The notes beneath the pieces were generated by a model that was not told the origin of the DNA, did not search any database, and was given only the letters and a program-made list of their open reading frames with translations. This document shows, piece after piece, positions 58,996 through 64,000 of a stretch of 64,000 bases of DNA. Source of the DNA: Candidatus Kaiserbacteria bacterium. Lineage in GTDB: Bacteria; Patescibacteriota; Minisyncoccia; Phycocordibacterales; UBA2100. The position numbers and the translations under genes were made by a program. The stretch lies in the NCBI GenBank assembly GCA_016214605.1, contig JACROD010000023.1:32428-96427 (forward strand), read 5' to 3'. Position 1 is the stretch's first letter; each line of letters opens with the position of its first letter.

Positions 58996-60987
58996 TTATG
59001 GGACAGGATTGCAGACCTTATGGAAACAGATCCCAAGCTCCTCGAGACGGTCGAGATATTTGAGCACTGCCGATATATATGACGCATGGCTCCAGGCCAG
59101 GGGCGACGACGATGCCGGGGCGCCGGTCTTGGGATGCAGTTGTTCGGAAAGAATGCCCGACGGCCGCGCATACCGCACGACCCAGTTGAATATCTCGCGC
59201 ACACGGTCAAAGTCGGCATCGGTGTGCGCATTTGCAATGAGATACTCCGCATACCACAGCGTCGTGGTGATCCACGGATCTCCGACGACATCGCGCTCCG
59301 TACGAAAATATTCGTCATTCTCATACCGTGCGATCCCTCCTATCGTGATGCCGCGCGAAAGCGTACGCACACTCGTTTCAAAAGCCCTGCTCAATCGCGG
59401 GTCATCGGACGGAAGGACTCCGAACGAGAAGATGCCATAGACACTAGATATGTCGATCGTCTCGTCGTATACGAAACCCCCCTCTTCCTTCCGCACCAGC
59501 TTCACAAAAGTGCCCGTCTTTTCGTCGTAAAGATGCCTCATGATCGCTGCTTGCACCTCAACGGCAGCTTCGCGATACCGTGTCTCGTGTTTGCCTTTAC
59601 CGAGAATGTTGGAAAGATCGGCAGCCGCCATGAGTGCTCCGTAGACCGCAGCAGCCGTAAAGGTCGATGTCCCGCGCTTCTCTTCCCATAGATCATATGA
59701 AGCTTCCGGAAGATTTGTCTCACGATCGCGATAATGCACCATGAAATCCGCCGCCTTCTCGATGAGGGGGTTATACATGGTCTCTAAGAATTCGAGATCA
59801 TGACTATGCGAATAGTGTTCGCGTAGTGCAATGATGACCAGGGCCGTTTCGTCCTCTTGGATCGGGATCTGGAGCTGTCCGTTGAGTACCCAAGGGTGCC
59901 ATGAGGATCCGAGTGAGCCGTCGGGCAGATACTTGTGCATAAAATAACCGTTGTGTGCAATGACCGTCTGGCAAAACTCAAAGAATCGTTTGGCGACATT
60001 GGGATCGCCCGCTCGATCGAGTGCGAGTGCCGCATACGCCGCATCGCGCGGCCAGACATACGCATACGTATCGTAGCCATGTTGAAGCATATCGGAATCA
60101 ACCGAAGCGATGATCCCGCCATCGATATCCACATGAGCGCGGACGTAAAGCAGTGATTTATAAAACAGCACTACCTGTTCCGGAGTCATTCCATAAAACT
60201 GCCAATCATAGGCGGTCGCCCAGGCATGCCAATAATTACTCGCGGTGCGCAGGAGGTGTTCGGGGCGTTTTTTTTGCACATATTGATCCAACTCCAGCGC
60301 TCCCACGATGGATTGGGCCGCTACGAGCCAGTAGAAGATCGTGTGGGACTCTTGGGGTGCGTATTCGGCGTACAATCCGAGTACCGAATCCACCTGCCCA
60401 TGCTCAATAGGGTTTTTCGAGAGGAGGCCGTCTTCGGCATCACGATGCGTCCCTTCTTTGCCGCCCGATCCTGTGGTGCCAGTCGCATAATCAGTGAAGC
60501 GTTCGCCGTCGATCGTAGCCGCAACCAAAAATACGCGGCGACCCTTATAGTGAATAAGCGAGCGGGAAGAGGGATCGTAGTATGCGGTATCGCCGCCATG
60601 AGCTTTGTATATTTCGAATTGCTGACCGAAATAGACCTTGATCATGCGTTTGTGGTCGGCGAGATTAGTGACGGTCGCCTTGCGAACAAAAACCGGTTTT
60701 TCGTTGTAGACGATGTCTGCGAAGATGATCTCGACCTGAAGACGTTCGTGACGCGCGATGATATGGCTCGTCAATGTCTTATCCTCGCATTCAATCGTGA
60801 TCTGCCACGACGGATCTTCGGAGAACCAACTGATCTCGCCATCGACCCAGATGCCGATGCGATGTATGTAGTGTCCGCGTACGTGATTCTCGAGCCCCAC
60901 ATGCGGATAGTAGAGATCGCGTACGAGCCCATGATCGTCGAGTGCGACACAAAGCTCGCCATTGGAAAGGACGATAGATCGGGACAT
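58996..60987 (-). CDS. Glycoside hydrolase family 15
   Basis: YAYVWPRD, QEDET, DLWEE, LSEQ, PLAWSH. Confidence 0.9.
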   Translation of the reverse strand: MSRSIVLSNGELCVALDDHGLVRDLYYPHVGLENHVRGHYIHRIGIWVDGEISWFSEDPSWQITIECEDKTLTSHIIARHERLQVEIIFADIVYNEKPVFVRKATVTNLADHKRMIKVYFGQQFEIYKAHGGDTAYYDPSSRSLIHYKGRRVFLVAATIDGERFTDYATGTTGSGGKEGTHRDAEDGLLSKNPIEHGQVDSVLGLYAEYAPQESHTIFYWLVAAQSIVGALELDQYVQKKRPEHLLRTASNYWHAWATAYDWQFYGMTPEQVVLFYKSLLYVRAHVDIDGGIIASVDSDMLQHGYDTYAYVWPRDAAYAALALDRAGDPNVAKRFFEFCQTVIAHNGYFMHKYLPDGSLGSSWHPWVLNGQLQIPIQEDETALVIIALREHYSHSHDLEFLETMYNPLIEKAADFMVHYRDRETNLPEASYDLWEEKRGTSTFTAAAVYGALMAAADLSNILGKGKHETRYREAAVEVQAAIMRHLYDEKTGTFVKLVRKEEGGFVYDETIDISSVYGIFSFGVLPSDDPRLSRAFETSVRTLSRGITIGGIARYENDEYFRTERDVVGDPWITTTLWYAEYLIANAHTDADFDRVREIFNWVVRYARPSGILSEQLHPKTGAPASSSPLAWSHASYISAVLKYLDRLEELGICFHKVCNPVP

Positions 60988-61106
60988 ACCATTCATTATA
61001 CATCGCGTATAAGATCTACTCCTCGTTATTCCACAGCGCCCCGTAGATTCCCATGTCCTAGCTATAGCTAATTTTAGGGAATATTCGTAGAGTGCGGTGT
61101 GAGACA

Positions 61107-61140
61107 AAAAAAATCGGGACCCATCGTGCGATGAGTCCCT
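61107..61140 (-). terminator. Intrinsic terminator, near-duplicate of 62500-62531
   Basis: gggactcatcg-ca-cgatgggtccc-gattttttt on minus strand. Confidence 0.75.
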
Positions 61141-61157
61141 TGCTATCTTTTTGACAA

Positions 61158-61523
61158 TCACCCTCCACCTGGAATACTGTTTCGCAAAATACGGCACTTG
61201 TTCTCGATGTTTTGTTTGATCTTCTCCAATACAGCCTTATGTTCTACTGGCGCATATTTCTTCAGCCACTCCAAGTCTTCCTTTTGATGGTCACTACCAT
61301 CAAAGTAATTGTAGATGCGCCATGCCAACAAAAACCTGCACTCTAGACTCAGTTTACCGCCGTCTAATATTAAGGCCATTCTACCGGCGGTATTCCTATC
61401 CATCCATCGCTCACATGCCTCATGGGTTATTAGCTGAATAAGTTCTTGAAGCTCAGCTTCCCGATCCTCCTTCACGGCATTGGCCCTATCAACCTCATCT
61501 GTCCAGTCTCGTATAAAGCCCAT
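61158..61523 (-). CDS. Hypothetical protein (ORFan)
   Basis: Strong AAGGAGG SD; AT-richer than its neighbours. Confidence 0.65.
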   Translation of the reverse strand: MGFIRDWTDEVDRANAVKEDREAELQELIQLITHEACERWMDRNTAGRMALILDGGKLSLECRFLLAWRIYNYFDGSDHQKEDLEWLKKYAPVEHKAVLEKIKQNIENKCRILRNSIPGGG

Positions 61524-61644
61524 GACACCCTCCTCCTTTGGTTATCAAATGCCCTACAGGGGCACCTTGTCTTTCTAGCTTATACCACCCCTGCAGATCG
61601 GTGGCAATATTCCTAAGATTAGGCGGTCGCTTATTATAAGGAAT

Positions 61645-62238
61645 ATGAGTACAGGTGGAAACAAGATGGAAATTGAATCAGGAAAGAGGAGGCGGAAAAA
61701 CGCAATCCAACAAACCGTGTTGGCGGCGGTCGGTATGGCAGGCTTGCTTACGGTCGCCGCCGTCGCCCCCAATATTTTCCAGGCGTTTCCGCGCATCATT
61801 GGCAAGCAACGCTACAAGCTCGCCTTTCAGGCCCGTACTGCTGTGCAACGCCTTGTGATAAAAGGGCATGTGCAGTGGGTCGAAACGAGCGGCAAAAAAT
61901 ATCTGGAGATCACTGAGAGCGGCCAGCGTGCCCTGGACCTATCCATTGCCCGCGCGAGCGCACCGGCCCGCAAGAAGCGCCGATGGGATCGCCGCTGGCG
62001 CATGGTTATCTTCGACATCCCCGAACGCCGCCGCGCCGTACGCGAACGACTGCGTATACTTATGCATGAGTTCGGCTTTCTCCGACTCCAAAACAGCGTC
62101 TGGATCTCACCGGATGACTGCGAGGAATTGATCGCACTCATCAAAGCCGATCTCAAGGTCGGCAAAGACATCCTTTATGTGATCGCCGACTCGATAGAAA
62201 ACGACACCTGGATCAAAAAACATTTCGAGCTTTCGTAG
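61645..62238 (+). CDS. PaaX-like protein (winged helix plus Cas2-like fold), second paralog
   Basis: LEITESG, WDRRWRMVIFDIPE, FGFLRLQNSVW. Confidence 0.87.
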   Translation: MSTGGNKMEIESGKRRRKNAIQQTVLAAVGMAGLLTVAAVAPNIFQAFPRIIGKQRYKLAFQARTAVQRLVIKGHVQWVETSGKKYLEITESGQRALDLSIARASAPARKKRRWDRRWRMVIFDIPERRRAVRERLRILMHEFGFLRLQNSVWISPDDCEELIALIKADLKVGKDILYVIADSIENDTWIKKHFELS

Positions 62239-62499
62239 GATCTCCTCAGACAGACTCTGCCTACATATTCTGCATATTGTTTTTTGCATTTCTGCTCTGT
62301 GCAAAAAATATTCCTATTTATTAGCTATAGCTAGTGGATAGGAATATTTCTTTGCTGATCGTTTACGGACATAAATCCCATATTCCTATTCATAGGCTAT
62401 AGCCACCTCTTAGGAATCTTTCTGGGGTTCGTAATATTCCCTATTATTAGCGACCGCCTAGACTTAGGAATATGTTGCGGAAAAGGCATGGTACGTAAC

Positions 62500-62531
62500 A
62501 AAAATCGGGACCCACCTTGCGATGAGTCCCT
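62500..62531 (-). terminator. Intrinsic terminator, near-duplicate of 61107-61140
   Basis: gggactcatc-gcaa-ggtgggtccc-gattttt on minus strand. Confidence 0.75.
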
Positions 62532-62545
62532 ACCGTATTTGATAT

Positions 62546-62812
62546 TCATGCGTCAAGGTGCTCATTCATGACTATTTCTGGGATATGATCCTGAACATAA
62601 TCACAATCGAGGCAAACAAGTACGACTTTTCCATCAAGCTCCCTGGGAACAAGAACTTGGTGTCGACTATCGTTACCACACGTAAGTGGGTGAACAAGAA
62701 CTGAATTTTGCCAGCGATTAACTTTGCCGATAATTTCCTGATTGGTCATTGAGACCCCTTGTCCGGAAACTTCCACTGGAGAACAGCATACTTGCGGCAG
62801 TTTGATTCCCAT
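62546..62812 (-). CDS. Small putative Zn-binding hypothetical protein
   Basis: HPLTCGNDSRH and CLDC. Confidence 0.55.
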   Translation of the reverse strand: MGIKLPQVCCSPVEVSGQGVSMTNQEIIGKVNRWQNSVLVHPLTCGNDSRHQVLVPRELDGKVVLVCLDCDYVQDHIPEIVMNEHLDA

Positions 62813-63135
62813 TTCTTCTACTCCTTAATGTTAGGAACTAGACTTTTCGAGCCCAGGAAAAACAAAGGATACTCGCGGCGATGCCCATCAACACAGTGAA
62901 CATGGAGTACGCCACCAGCCACTACGACATCTTATCTTGATGTGTCGATAGTTGTGCCAAAAGCAAAATGACATCAATGGTAAAGAAGGTCGATGCTCCG
63001 TAATAACAGATCTCCTGGAAGGTTTTACTTGGTCCGGTCATCGTACATTACTCCCGCTTCACGACCTCTGAGATGCATGTTCTCCGGTCAATCTAATCGA
63101 AATATGGCACAAAAGAGACTCTCACACAAGAACAG

Positions 63136-64000
63136 TTACCGTGCTTTTTCTACCCGCAGACGCAGGTCGGAGAGGGCGTTCATGTAGGCTATGTAGGCGT
63201 CGTAGGGAGAATCATAGGGGGAGAAATAGGCGTGGACATCGCCATCGGCGAACCATTTGGTACACATATAGTAAAAATGGTCCGAGGTCTGCATCTTGCG
63301 CCAGTCTTCGAGGAGGCGGCCATCGTTGGCAAGCATCACATCCTCGCCCATCGCATAGATCGCATCGATCGCGGCTCTCTGCATGGGATTGCCTGTCCAG
63401 GCAGTGAGGTCGCGATCGGTGTCGGCCCAGGTGACCGTGTGTGGCATATCTACCTGATCACGCGGAGCGTAGCTCTGGATCACCTGTGTCGGCGTTTTAA
63501 AATCAATGCCCGGATTCTTGAAAAGCTCCTCGGGCAACTGCTCAAGAAAATGGAAGATGCCAGTGTCTTCCCATTGATGTTCACCGAAGGTCTCGTAGTC
63601 CATGAAGAGATTGATCGTGTCGCCCTCGGCCTCCCCTATCCACTGGCCAAATTTTTCGGTCGTGAGCGGCCACTCGGACCACTGCTTGGACGAAAAGCGG
63701 AATGCGATGTCGTCGGAAAAACGATAATTCTTGAGGAGGAGGCGGATATTGCTCGTGTCTTTGGGCTGATAGACATAATTGGGACTGCGCCAACCAAGTA
63801 TCGGATCCCACCCTTCGGCGAGAATGCCGACATAGCCACGGCTGTCGGCCCACTGCGCGAGGTCGTTGCGATATGAGAGTTCGGTATTGCGAAACACACG
63901 CGGCCATACGCCGAAGGTCTTACGGATGAGATCGCGATGTTTGTTGACCTGCATCTCGAATTCGAGCGGCGAATAGAAGAATGCGAGGGAATGATAGTAG
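63136..64000 (-). CDS. Glycoside hydrolase family 57 (5' end outside window)
   Basis: FRNTEL, SDDIAFRFS, MDYETFGEH, QTSDHFYYM. Confidence 0.92.
   Translation of the reverse strand, partial: YYHSLAFFYSPLEFEMQVNKHRDLIRKTFGVWPRVFRNTELSYRNDLAQWADSRGYVGILAEGWDPILGWRSPNYVYQPKDTSNIRLLLKNYRFSDDIAFRFSSKQWSEWPLTTEKFGQWIGEAEGDTINLFMDYETFGEHQWEDTGIFHFLEQLPEELFKNPGIDFKTPTQVIQSYAPRDQVDMPHTVTWADTDRDLTAWTGNPMQRAAIDAIYAMGEDVMLANDGRLLEDWRKMQTSDHFYYMCTKWFADGDVHAYFSPYDSPYDAYIAYMNALSDLRLRVEKAR

Larger units (their letters stand above)
61045..62473. repeat. Five 40-bp bipartite palindromes (family B) at 61045, 61607, 62308, 62380 and 62434
   Basis: ATATTCC-N7-12-bp core (e.g. TAGCTATAGCTA)-N7-GGAATAT with identical spacing in all five. 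Confidence 0.9.

Noticed and set aside
62308-62473. Three clustered 40-bp repeats as a mini CRISPR array
   Set aside because: Gaps are irregular (32 and 14 nt) and the interiors vary while only half-sites are conserved, which fits binding sites better.

Overview
Chromosomal window of a bacterium whose gene set and style point to Patescibacteria/CPR (Parcubacteria-like; inference). Core content: dnaK and grpE, the infA-rpmJ-rpsM-rpsK-rpsD-rpoA-rplQ-rplM-rpsI ribosomal block, alaS, M16 peptidases, ung, mnmA, mltG, mscL, a cytochrome bo3 operon (cyoABCD-hicBA-cyoE), a complete type V-A CRISPR locus (cas12a-cas4-cas1-cas2 plus 46 repeats), a thymidylate cluster (folA, dcd, thyA, tmk, glyA, MazG, CYTH) and a sugar cluster (ROK, cupin PGI, GH15, GH57). 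The main unexplained signals are: (1) two PaaX-like (wHTH plus Cas2-fold) genes, each interrupting a normally contiguous gene pair and each bracketed by its own family of 36-42 bp palindromes, with ORFan cassettes next to them; (2) two homologous 96-bp heptamer-repeat elements in the ribosomal operon, each an exact ATG-to-TAA 31-aa mini-ORF with a variable core; (3) many promoter-SD-ORFan-terminator cassettes, several decaying; (4) a proteobacterial-type RpoH; (5) a Cas12a that seems to lack the loop carrying the pre-crRNA-processing His and is flanked by structured non-coding regions. All assignments are by eye; no database searches were run.
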